This document shows positions 49,336-62,100 of a DNA stretch of 64,000 nucleotides, one piece after another; positions within the stretch are counted from its first letter, which is position 1, and the number at the start of each line of letters is the position of its first letter. A program made the translations under genes and the position numbers. The stretch is from Marsupella aquatica. Lineage: Eukaryota; Plantae; Marchantiophyta. A model generated the notes under the pieces. It saw only the letters and a list, made by a program, of their open reading frames with translations. It had not been told where the DNA came from and did not search any database. The stretch lies in the NCBI GenBank assembly GCA_973895155.1, contig OZ316894.1:5046944-5110943 (forward strand), read 5' to 3'.

Positions 49336-51253
49336 CAGAGCAAGACTTCAGGACGAAACAGAAAATAAGGAGGCCATTGTTACAGAGAACATATATAAAA
49401 ACAGCTTTGGATGTGCCATGAAAACTATTTCATACAAACACAAGATGAAAGGATTTTGGTTCTCCTCAATTCTTCTACTCTTTGCTATTAGCACTTAAGA
49501 GTTCAGCTGATTTCAGTACTCCCAACTCATGACACGACAATGTTTTGAGATTTGTTTTGTTTTGTTTTGTTTTTGTAGGAGTGTTTTGAGATCGATTCAA
49601 GCTCTATTGGCACAAACAGAAGGTTTCGGGTGGGGTGGTAATATTCATAGCAGCCTATAAAGGATGAATTGGTGACATAAGTGGAAATCAATGTTGCAAG
49701 GGGATGGCCCAGGAAGTTTGGACCCCTATTGCTTTGCATGAGTGTTGAGGGAGGGCTGAGAGGATCAATTAAATGATTTTGAGTCGGACATCCAGTACTC
49801 AACTAAAGAAGAGTTCATTATAGACTAACCAGAGAATATAGTGGTGAGTGCCAATAGCAATGAATGTCGAGGGAATGTGGGGCTATACTTTGAGTGGGAC
49901 TCCAGATTTGTTTCTGTCAAAACTTACTGTTGGCGAGAGTTTTTTTCAAAAGACTTCCTCCCAGATTTGTATACTATCCATCTTTAATTCTGAGCTCAGT
50001 TTCCCTAAAACGTCTCCAGAAGATGAGTTCAGACATGCTCTACGTGGTGGTGAAATATCAGCCCATAGCTTTTGAGGAAATCCCGGGAGGGGATGTGACC
50101 CTAGAAGTTCAGGAGACTTCAATTGTGTTTTTCAACAAATACATAATTTTTGTATATAAACTATTGAGTTTAGACTTGTGACCAAACTCTCTTTCGTCAC
50201 ATGCTTGGCATTTTATGCAATTGGTAAAGCCCAAGGGCAAGCCTGTTGACGGCATTCACAAGTTTTGGCCTGGACGTTGCTGTAAATCAATCCAATTCAA
50301 ACACAAACCCAAAACACGGAGATGGCGTAAAGGATCAAGTAACTAAATTATATATTTAAGACATTCAGTACGCAACTCAAAGAAGAGTTCACTATCATAC
50401 ACCCAGAGAATATAGTGGTGAGTTCTGATTGCATAGAATGTGGACATCAATCCAACAGCAGTCTGATGGATCCATCCAATAGCTGTGACCTTTGCAAAAA
50501 ATCACAAAGAGTTTCTTCTTTAAATGCAGTTCCAAAACCGCTATCGACAATAAATCTATCATGACCCAAAGCAACTTTCGAGATCGTGAGCACTGTAGTG
50601 CTGGGTGACACACCCCAACCATCAAATCCACTCCTTTTAGCATGACATTATGCAACTGTTTTTTTGGCTTCACACAAATCACCTCCTTTCAGCATGGTAT
50701 TTTTGCAAATATTTTTTGGCTTTGCATGGGTACTAAAAGTGACACAATGGGACTTATGCCAATACTGAGACAACATGATTTTCCAATTCAATATACCCTT
50801 CTATATAATCTTTAAATGTTCTTGTCTAACTACCTTACCATACCAGCATAGCCAGCTAGATTACCAAAAACAAAAGCATATGAAATAGATGCATACTTTG
50901 AGATAAGATAGATTGAATCCATGCACAACATCTGCCTAAGAGCCTTAGGTAGTGTCCTCAGACAAGCATTACACACCTGTTGAGCCCAAAGCCACAATCC
51001 CTTCCCTAAGCTCCCCATGCAAACCTGGAAAGTATAGGAAGCATATTATTGGTATCTACATTTAAGTGGCCCATACTTTCCAGCTCCAAGTCATCAAGTG
51101 AGGGACACTTGCAGGTCCTTCACTTGAGCCAGTCCGGGCCATTGTCAAACGCAAGCAAACAGTAATTGTTTGCCAGCAAGGAATGGTATTGCCATCACCC
51201 CTGTGGTTCTTTATCCCTTTGATTTTGGCCTAATCTGGCTTCGTAGTGCATAA

Positions 51254-54200
51254 TTATGTCGGACTCCACATGGCCAGCCAGTTTGCTGGGCAATATGGCA
51301 CAAATTGGGCTAGTGAGAGACTACGTGTGCTCGAAACCCTTTTATAACATTCCCCGTCGATCAAATCAGAGGACACATAGGCCCAGCCCAAACTTTCCAT
51401 TTTGGAGTGGTCAAGTAAGGGACAGTAGTTTACGAAAACTCGCATGCCCTCCGTTTTCGTTGTCTGGGACGACTGCTCTGCTTGCAACCTGAGCTCGTCA
51501 CTTTGCTGCCCTTGTGGCAATGCCCCTTGAACCCAGGACGACTTTCCCAAGCTTTCTGGCAGACTCTTCAGTCTGTCGCATGTCTCAAGTCTCACTTCTT
51601 TCAGAGAAGAGAGTTCCCCCAAACTGTCCGGAAGGCTCTCCAACGTACTACAACCCAAGATGGAGAGCCTTTCTAGAGAAGAGAGTTCCCCCAAACTGTC
51701 CGGAAGGCTCTCCAACGTACTACAACCCAAGATGGAGAGCCTTTCTAGAGAAGAGAGAGTTCCAAGCTCATCCGGCAATGTCTCCAAACGGTGCAACCAA
51801 TGCAGACGCAGGGCCCTTAATGACGAAAGGCTACCAAAACCTGCCGGGAGGATCCGTGTCTCGCACCCTCTGAGAGTTAGCTTATGTTCAAAGCACCGAA
51901 AGTGTTCAAAAAGGTCGGGTGCCTCCTCATGCCCATCACAATTAAATTCAACCTCTTGCAATGATGGAATTTGTCCGATGCCATCGAGTAGGCTTCTCGC
52001 GTTCTTTCCCGCCGCAAGAGTCACTTTCTTCAGAGACTGAAACTGCCGTACGCTCTCCGGCAGGCTTTCCAAGCTTCTTGACCCGATAGATAATTCTACC
52101 AGGGAAGAGAGGGTTCCAAAATTGTCGGGCAGCCTCTCCAATTTAGAGGACCCCAATATCAACGTTCGAAGAGACTTCAGACGGGAAAAGCTGTCTGGTA
52201 GGGTCTGCAACAAATTAGCATTATAAATGTACAAGACCTGCAGCTGAAGGAGCTGGCCAAAATCCGCTGGCAACCTCTTCAATCTCTTAGCGTTTTCGAG
52301 ACTCAAGTCTCTCAAATTATGGAGCCCCCCCAAGCTCTCTGGCAGGCAGTCCAAGGTTGATGAATCAATTGACAAAAATTCTAGTGAGGAGAGCTTTCCT
52401 AAAGTGTCCGGCAACTCCTTCAACTGCGGGCATTGTAATTTGAAAGTTTCCAATAATGAAAGCTCCTCCATAATTTCAGGGAGAAGCTTAGCGACCGAAG
52501 ACTTGAAAGTCAAATGACGCAGTGCATACAACTTACCCACACTCAGAGGGAGAGTCTCCACCCTATCGACATTAAGCTCCAATTCCTCCAGTAGAGCAAG
52601 CTGTCCAAGGCTTTCGGGCAATGTCTCCAATTTTCGACCAACTATCTTTAACTGGCGGAGAGACTTCAGACTGCAGAAACTTTCAGGTAAAGTCTCGAGG
52701 TGCGCAGATGAAATGTACAATTCCTTCAGTGCCGTCCATTCAGCGAAATCGTCGGGCAAGCCCCTTAGTTGTCCAGCCGTGCTAACGTGAAGTAATTCTA
52801 GTCCCGACAGAAGGCTGAAGCTCGGAGGGAGCCTTTCCAGAGCCACGTCGTTCAAATACAGTTTTCGTAGAGAGCCTAAGTTGCCAAAAGCATCCCCCAA
52901 CTCTTCGAAGCGAGGGCACTCCCATATCTATAACCTCTTGAGTCGCGAAAGCCGGGAGAAAGACTGCGGTAGACACTTGATCAACGGGCACCTCGTGATG
53001 TGCACTTCTTCCAATGACGTTAGTGAACTGCCAAAGGAGTCAGGGAGACCTGCAAGCTCTTCACAGTAATAAATTCTTAACGTTGCAAGGCGGGATAGAT
53101 TCCCTAAGGATTCAGGTAACGCCAAAGATTTTATGTTGTCAATTTCAAGATGTTCGAGGGCTCGAAGGTTGCCAAGTGATGTCAGCAAAGTGAGAGACCT
53201 TAGATCCCTCAACTCCAACCGTCTCAACCGAGATAGATTCCCAAAATTCGCAGGCAGATGGACCAAACCTGCTAGTTTAAAAAGACACAAAATGCGCAGA
53301 TTGGTCAGGTTCCCCAATGCTTCCGGAAACTCCTCTGGGACCCGAAAGTTTGCTACATTCAGCACAGCCAAATTCTCCATTTTGTTCAGGCTCAGCTCGA
53401 ACTTTGGCAATGAGACTGGCCCTGTGTGACGTCCATGAAACCCTAGGAGCGATATCTTGCTCGTGAGACAATTTCCCGAACCTTCTGTCGAGACACGATC
53501 AAGTTCTATGTATTTCAATCCCTCCAGTTTGGCCAGTGAATCCAACTGAAGGGTCCGTTTGCTCTTGTGGGATTCAAAAAGATACTGGAGCCTCAAACAT
53601 TTTGTCCTTACCTCCACCTGGACATTTAACGGTAATTATTAAATGATTATTTGGTAGCTACATGTAGTGGTCTACTAAGAAGGCAAATATAAGGAAAGTA
53701 GATATGGTTGAATTTTCTCCTCCTAGCCTACCTTGCATGATTTAAATAGGTACATCAGTTTAATGTACTGGAAAGAACAGTTACCTCCTTGTCATTCAAC
53801 CGATCCACTGCTGAGTCTGATGATGCATCATCAGGAGAAGAAACCATGATATCATTGGAAATATTCTGAGCCAAGTCTCGAAGCTGCTCATGGACCCATA
53901 CTCGGTTCTTGATTTCTTTCACCAATGACCTGCTCACCAAGTTGTCCCACGTTGTTTGCATAGTTTGCGTTAGACTGCTCCATGCGGCAAGGGCCCGCTC
54001 CAATGGCTGTTTGAAGAAACATGACGCAGCCTCTGTGAACATCTCCTGTTCCTCTGGTAACAGGGCATCATAGCTTATCCTCAAGGAAGCCCACACTCTG
54101 TCCCTCTTCTCCCCAGTTATGGCTTGTGCTTCTCTCAACCTCTGTAGAGCGTCTATCCACACTTCGACATTTCTTCCTCTGAGGTAAGTGCCGATGATTT

Positions 54201-54905
54201 CCAACGTCAACGGCAACCCACCACCCATTTTTACCACTGCATTGACTTTGTCAATGAGAAAGTCTGGAACATCCTTCGATTCAAATGCATGATGGCAGAA
54301 TAGAGTCTTTGCATCATCGTCTTTCAAAAACTCTACCTCATGGACAATGCAACCTTTATAGTATTTGAAAACTTCTTTGTCACGACTTGTCATGATAACA
54401 CAACTGCCCGCTCGAAAGTGCTCCAATTTTGGTAGAACTTTGAGCTGATCCTGCGCATCTACGTCATCCATGGCGATTAAAGCTCTCTTGCTGCGCAAAT
54501 GCTGCCACTCCATTGAACCCTTGTCTGTTTTCTTCCCATTGTGATGAAAGTGATTGAGAACCCGATCCTCCAATTTGTGTGATGGGATGCCTTTTACATT
54601 ATCCACAAAGCACGTGTATTCAAAGTCTTTGGAAAGAGTGTTAAATGCTTGCATTGCAAGAGTGGTCTTGCCAATCCCACCCATGCCGAAAATTCCAAGA
54701 GCAGCTCCACCAACAAGCTTCTCCTGCACATCCATGGCGCGTCTCTCCAAATCAAGAGGGAAGTTTGGAAGCCCATGAACTTCATGAACAGGCACTTCCA
54801 CCTGAAGAGATCAAATAATTTGGATCAGAACACCTTATTTTATTTCAGCATTTTACCTTATTTTACTTTCAGCATCCTCTGCGTTAGCTTCGTCTGCCGC
54901 TTCAT
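51254..54905 (-). pseudogene. NB-ARC-LRR immune receptor with one in-frame nonsense codon (recent pseudogene or truncated allele); exons 54905-54867 (tentative), 54801-53785, 53617-51254
   Basis: P-loop GMGGIGKTTLA, kinase-2 IAMDDVD, RNBS-B GSCVIMTSRD, GLPL (GGLPLTL), RNBS-D EMFTEAASCFF, MHD-position VHEQLRDLA, then more than 20 LRRs. ORFs 53617-52928 and 52900-51254 are in the same frame, separated by a TAG at 52930-52928. Confidence 0.9.
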
Positions 54906-57093
54906 GAAATGCGGACGCGCAGTTCAAGACCTAGGGATTTGGAAAAGGAGACACAACTCAAAATGACCTTCACTATCAGCTATGTATTGGTACTGCGATT
55001 GCCGTCATAGCCACTTTCAGTAGAGATGTCCAAGAATTTTGAGTGATAAACTAAGGGCAGTGTTGTACTTCGTGGCACAGAAGTAGGCGACCATTGATTG
55101 ACTATAACCTTAGACTGCCACAAATGGACTCAATCCGGGGTGAAAGGAAGACCCTATCCATTTGGATCTCATCTGAGCACTGGTGGCTGCGGGAACTGGG
55201 AAACATGTACACCTATCCTCGTGAACGTTGTATGCAAGGACTCGACTGCCAGAGTCCACCCTGGAAAAAAATGTAATTACCATCGCAGGGTTGGTGATGA
55301 CTTTCTGGTCAAATTCGTGGAGGCCTCTGTTCTCATGGTGGTTGTTAGTAACCCACCTAGCCTGTGTGCTCTTGGGCAGAAGTGAGATGGCCAGGCAATT
55401 GCATACTGCCTGGAGTCGGTGAGTCGGTATGGCAAGTGGATTTCAATTAGTGTGCAAGTTGCAAGGAAAGGGATGGGTTGGACATGGAAAAGGTGCACCC
55501 TACAGTGGCCCCTGAAGTTACCTCTCATAGTTCGGAAAAGATATCCCATGAAGTTACTTCTCATGGTTAAGGAAAAGATGTCACTGTAATGCAACCTCAC
55601 CACCTCACCTTACTCGAACTGCCAAGGAGGCTTCCCACCAGATGACATTTTGTAGAGCACACTATGAGAAAGCAAATAGTAGGATTGCACACTGTAGTGT
55701 TTAGAAAGATACGATTTCATATACTCTGAGTCCCTTTAATTTTCAGGCACTCTCTCGTGAGTTCCCTATCAGTCAAATTATCACTCACTCCCCATCAGCT
55801 GTCTTGCTCATTTAGAAAACTCTATCAGGCACTTCCCACTAGGCAAATTTAGTCTGGGCTGATATTGCTGAATTGCCTTTCTTTCAGTAGTCTTGCCAAA
55901 GAGGAAAATTCCACTCAGCTGATCTTGCTGACTCATTGTTTTGCTTGGCCGCCTCAATGACTGAACATTTCTAGGGGAAAGAATCCACTTATCCAAAATT
56001 GTTGATTCACTCCTTCACTTGGCAGCCCCGCTGAGGAGGACGGTTCTTTACAAAAAGCACTGATGGAAAGACTGATACCCGATACCAAAGATTGATAACT
56101 TAATGGGGTTATGACACTCAATGTCATGTTAGTTGGATCACTTGGTCTGGGGAGTAAGACGAGTGGAAAGATAGCTGAACACCTGAATGACAAGTATGAC
56201 CTATTGATCACTCAACCTGGCAATTAAAGATTTGCTCTGAAACCAAGCTGTGAAGCTACAAAGTACTCTGTACTTAATGTTTTGCGTGTTAAGTTGAAGC
56301 AGGTATGCCCTGTTGAGAGGTTTGGAAAATCCTCCCCATTTGTTGAGAAGAAATGAGCTGCCTCTAATATATCTTTTCAAGTTAGCAAAACCCTTGAAAG
56401 AGGCCTTGCTATGTGCATGGTTGACCAATTTCAGAGGAGAAACCAGCCAGATGTCTTAGGTTCTATTAAGTTTTTTTCCCAAATCCCATGAGATTTTTCA
56501 TTAATTTTCTTGCAGCTTTTACATCACATGAGACATTACTCAAGACATTACTTTTGGTAGCCATGAACTCCAAAGGTTTTTAATTTGAATTCTGTTGAGT
56601 TTCGAACTCTTGGGATATCTAGTCTAAAAATATTTATATTCGCAGACTCCAACAACAAAATCTAGATATTTGGCATTTGAGTTCAAACTCAATTACGTAC
56701 TGTCTTCTGGGTCATTCAAGGGGGCATTCTCTTCAGATAGAAAGTTTGGATCTTCAATTTGAGTTTCAACAATAAGTTTGAAACATTTTTCTATTGTAGT
56801 CAAACTTACCCACCAACTTCCCCTGAACAGGTGGTCCAGGCATTGTGTTCAAATAGTGCATGAAGGGGGAGTTCTACTGAAATCCAAAGCCCTATTGTAG
56901 ACCTTCTATTTGCATTTTTTAAGCAGTAAGTTCTGGCAAGGATCATATAGAGCCCTGTTTAAATCATGGCTTAGAACTTTTCTAAATGACGGAGACAAGG
57001 CAGTGTTTGTCTCACTACATTGAAGACAAACATTGCATGTGCAAAGATAACTTCATATACCAGGCCTATCCTCCAACACAAGGTCCAGGTGTT

Positions 57094-59120
57094 TGTCACA
57101 CCATTCTAGGTAGTGTTAGAGTATATTGTATTATCTAGATCCGTATGTTTGGTATGTGTGCTATATGAGCCGATAAGGTTCCGTCAAGTTTGTGTGAGAG
57201 GGTACTTCTCACTTGTGAGGCATTGAAAGGTCATCTTTCAATGTTGAGCCTTGGAGAGAGAGGAGCTTGAGTGTGGCTATGGTGGCTGTGAGCTCCGCTT
57301 GTGTAACGTGGATTCCTTGAGTAGTGCAAGGTGCGTTGGCTCGACATATATGTGTGATCGGATCGGACGGGATTGAGTGCGTATTGCTGGCGTCGATCGT
57401 TGTGCCGATTGTATTGAGATTACATTGAAAGATCAGATGCGAACTCTACTGTGCGGACTGTGCAAACAGAAGTTCGTTTTGTGTCAATTGAGTTGGCGAC
57501 GTGGAAATCGTTTGAAGCTGATGCGTGGATCTCGTTGCCGGGCTGTTTTGAGAAGAGAGATCGCAGATCATTGGAGATCACAGATTGTGTCGATCTGGGA
57601 TCTATGCTGCCATTTGACGGACAGTATGCTGTTGTCCACGTTTGTGTGAAGTAGATCGGGCCTGTTGAGTTGAGGACTCGGGGGTTTCACTTCCACAAAA
57701 ATGGCACATCCCGTGCGACAAAGTATAGGGTCGATTTATTGGTTTGAAGGAAAGAATTAAGAATTTTTGTAGAAGAACAATAGGGTCCTTTAAATTCAAT
57801 TTTGAGACTTATAATAACATTAGGGTCTTTCTAACCAAATTTTTGGAATATTCTTGGAATATTCCAACTTTATAGGGGTTGAAAAATAAACTTTTTTCTT
57901 ACATTTTAGGGGGTCCGAGGCCTAAAAACGTCGCAGGGGATGGGGAGACATCCATATAGTGAGACCCCTGAGGTTGCGGATGTTGATAGATCTGCGATTG
58001 TACGCTACAAATCTGTGATTGGTGACAGGTTTTTGAGATCGAACATTACCGTGGGCTGGCTATCGAAGGAATTGAATGTTTTGGAGATTGATGTGTTGCG
58101 CAGCTGATGCGAAGCCGACAGTAGAAGTGTAATCGCGTTGCAAAGTTGTTTTCGCGTTCTACAATCGGACCTGAATGTTGCAAGATTTGCCAAAGACGGT
58201 ACATCTGGCGTTTATGTGAAGGGAAAAGAGGCGCGATCATGTTGCTGCAGGATTGAGAGTTGGATTCCGATTGCCTTTCTTGCGAAGAAAGTGTCTGCTG
58301 ACGGTTGCATATGTTACCAAATTTGAGGCACAATCCATCGCGAAACAATGCTATGCAATTTTTGTGTGAAGGAAGCGGAGTTCTGAACCGCAGCCTATCC
58401 GCGACGTTGTGCGAAGGTAGCCGAAACTTGATTTGGCGTAGCGAAGCGTTGCGGGCGTGAAGGGCTCACTCTTTGGCTCATCTCGGCGTTTCGAGGCTTC
58501 AAGGCAACTCGTGATTACTCGGGACGAGGGGCGTGAGGGTGAAGCAGGAGCGGGCAGGTCAGCAAGCCAACTTGCTGGTACGTGAGGAGAATTACAAGTG
58601 CTGCCATTTTGGAGTGGCAGATTTGGTGCATAATGACAAGTGAGAGGTCACCCATGCCAAAGCTATTCCTCCCCTCATGCGCTTAACTAGCAAGTTCCTA
58701 TGTGGTGCATTGTACATGCTTCCTTCCACACTTGGTGTCCAAGGAATGAGGCCCTAGGGGTTTTATGCACTTTGAATTTATCTAGATACTCTGTTTTAGC
58801 TAGTTTGTGATGGATTCTTGAATATTTGATGCGGGATTCTTGAGGCCTATTATGAAGGCCCTACATTGAACTATATGCACATTATTTTTATGTATTTCTG
58901 ATTGATTGGTGTGGAGAGTTGTGGTAAATCCTCTTCTTGTTGTTGGATCCTCTCCACACATGCTTCCTGTTTATGCGTCATGTTGGTTTGGCGTGGACGC
59001 TTGATTCTATAGGAGTGATCCGGGTTTGCAACCGGACATTCTAGTTGTGCTACGTATTTCTCTCCTGGTGATGTTGGAGTGATGCCCAACACACCATGGT
59101 AAGTGCTTGTGTTGCTGACA
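57094..59120. mobile_element. probable LTR (~2.0 kb) upstream of the gag region
   Basis: TGTCA...TGACA termini, non-coding, immediately before the gag-like frame. No canonical PBS or TSD recognised. Confidence 0.55.
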
Positions 59121-59179
59121 GGGACAGATTTTCCTTAGGGTTAGCATATAGATTAGGTTAGGTTGGTCATCACGGATTC

Positions 59180-62100
59180 TTTTGGCACTGCTGGGTTACC
59201 CAAGACGACGGACCGGTTTCACTAGGAGTGGGGCGCAGTTTCCGCCAATGATATTGGTAGCAGTCAGCAGCACAGCTTCAGATAGTGATTCTGACGAGGA
59301 CTCTGTGACCAGTTCTCCTCGTCATCAAGTGATTGCACCTTTGTTGTGGGACATGGACGAGATGTACGGGGCTACAAAGGGTCCACGACGATACTCTGGT
59401 GCAGTTGGCACAATTGATCTGGATGACTTCATCTAGGAGTTTGATACGTGGTGCGATATGCAGACATTGCATAACGCCACGTTGTTTACCCCTTTCATGG
59501 CATGGAAGGGATTATTTCAGCATTTGGAGGGGCCACCCATGGATGACTACCATGAGTTTTGGAAGGCTCATTTGGTTGAGATTGAGGCATGGAGGCAGCA
59601 TTGGTCGCCTAATTACGTGTCCATCACCTATGGCACTAGTGCGGCTGCCCAACCCATTGCCACAGCTGCTGCTTCTTCTAGCAACACTAGCCAGAGTGGC
59701 ACACCATCCACTAGCAGCACTCCAATAGCATCCACCGCTACTCCTGCCGGTGTGATTGTGACAGGAACTGGAGTTGCACCAGCATTTAACCCTGTGGTGG
59801 AATTCTTTGAGGTACTGAAGCATAACTATCAGGGTGTGAAAACTGATAAGTTGAAGGGTCTCCAAGAGTTCCAACGCAAGACTGGAGAGTCTACGTGAGG
59901 CATACACTCGTATGCGCAAATTGATCACTGTCACCAAGGGAGTGACAGAGGCTCAGGCAGTCCAATTTTGGTATGCAATTCTGGACAGAGAATTGTGACG
60001 CAGAGTGAGAGATGTCACTCTGCTTAGGGATGCAGATCCCACATTAGCAGTTGTTTTTAACCTTTCTAAGTGTATTGAGCTCAATATGGTGAATGAGAAG
60101 GTGGTGACTTCTGAATTTGCCAAGGAAGCACCAAAGGCTGCATCTATATCCACACCATAGCCTACTGCACGCAAGAGCCAGAGGGAGAAGCCTACTGCAT
60201 GAGAGTCTACCAGCCAGAGACCTGTGCCCTCTTATGCTGGACAACAGTCAGGATGTTGGACCTGTGGTGGGGATCATGCACAGAGATATTGCCCAGATCA
60301 TAGAGGATCAAGGGGAGCATCAACGCCTGATCAGCGACAGTGTGATCATTGTGGAGCTCCTGGACATACCAAGGATAGGTATTTCTCACTCCACCCTGAG
60401 TTACGGAGGGGAGGATCCCGTACACATGATCTGGGAAGAGGAGGAGGAGGTAGAGGTGGTGGACGTGGTCGTGGCATGCCACATGCAGGGAGACAGGGAG
60501 GTGACGCTGCCCCTGTTATAACCATAGATCCAAGGATGCTAAGATTGCTCAATTGGAGCAATAGCTAGCTGCCATGGCTAGTTCCCAAGTGAGACCTACT
60601 TCTGGTGATGGGGCATCTACATCCTATGGACCTCCCACCTCCCATGGCCCTTCCACATCTTATGGAGCTGATGGAGACCTTGTCACCATGGGATTCATGT
60701 GTGGCACTGCACATATTGATGCATCAGCAGCTTTGACACGTGGGGCAGCCAAAGCTCTTGAGCCCCGAGGAGCAATAGTGGAGCTAGATCCACAGAGGGG
60801 GGATGCACGTTGGCAGACAAAGCTTCCTCAGTCTTTTACATTGTCAGAGACAGTTCAGACTGCCTCTATGAACCTAGTTCGGACAAACCCTGGCGTGGGT
60901 AAGTTGGTAGAATCAGGTAGTGATGCAACAAGGATGATAGGTACCTTGCTAGGGGCGGCTACTACCATAGTACGCACCCCATTATTTTCAGCGACAGACA
61001 TGCTGAACTTGGGAGTTGGTCCTGCAGAAGTGTTCAAATTGGCAGCTACACTCTATGAGGACACTCCAGTTGTTGCTTCCCATGCAGAAGCAGCTTGCAG
61101 TGTTGAAGCAATGAAGACCATGCCACCTACTGCTACTAGTGAGACATGGCATGCAGCAGCAACAAGGTTGGTGGATTTACCAGCACGCCCTGCATTTTAG
61201 AGGACTAGGTTTAAACCTAGTGTTATGTCATTGGATAATCAGAGTGATATCTTCTGATTAGTTGGGCCTTCTTGGGTAGTATACCAACCAGAGAGAGTGA
61301 TACTGGATACTGGTGCTCAGCCCTTGATGTTGGGTAAGTCTGCCATACGTGGATTGAGATTGCGTCCAAAGGATTTGAAGGATTGTCCCTTTCCCATTCA
61401 GACTTCATTGGAGGGACCTACACCTACACAGCACATTACCAGGAGACCTCTTGATTTGAGGATTCAGGAAGGTCATACCACAGATAGCTCACAAATACAG
61501 GCGCGAGCTATTCTGACTAAGGCAGAGTCATATGATGTGTTGGTGGGATGTACAGTGCTCTACCCCATGGAATTTATTCTTGATTTTTGGGAGGAATTAG
61601 TGTCATATAGACCTTGTAGTATTGCACTAAGGACATAAATCAGCATTTAATGTCCAAAACTCGGTATTCGTTCCCATGGAAGAACAAGAAAGGAATGATT
61701 TTCTATCATTTAACACTTATGAATGACTAAGGTAACAAAAAACACAGATTTAAGCCTTTTACTATGATTGCTCAGCAAGGCATAGATTTGAATGTTTGCT
61801 TAACATTGTAAATGCAATTAATAAAATAGAAACAAATAACAAAACACAATGAAATCTTGAGATATGATGAGGGAGTCTGGAAAACACCAAGGTAACTTCA
61901 CATCAATACTTCATTTGATGTGATTTGGGTGGTAAATCCGTAAGAACATTTCTGGAAGGGATTACTGTACTAGGATGATTACTAAAATGCCGTCAACACG
62001 TCTCAACTTTTCCTTCCAAAGGTACTCAGAAGAAACTAGTAATCAATCACTTCCATATCCAGTCAGTACTCTGAGTCATGAATAATAAACACCATCATGA

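Noticed and set aside
52900-52930. Frameshift or two separate LRR genes suggested by the ORF track
   Set aside because: The two ORFs are 27 nt apart in the same frame; the break is one stop codon.
54856-54930. Alternative upstream exon VLNCASAFHEAADEANAEDAESKIR resembling a TIR end
   Set aside because: Splicing it to the 54802 acceptor enters the wrong frame, which stops at 54594.
55000-57000. Candidate NLR N-terminal exons or LINE fragments
   Set aside because: Translations examined show no recognisable domain; left unassigned.
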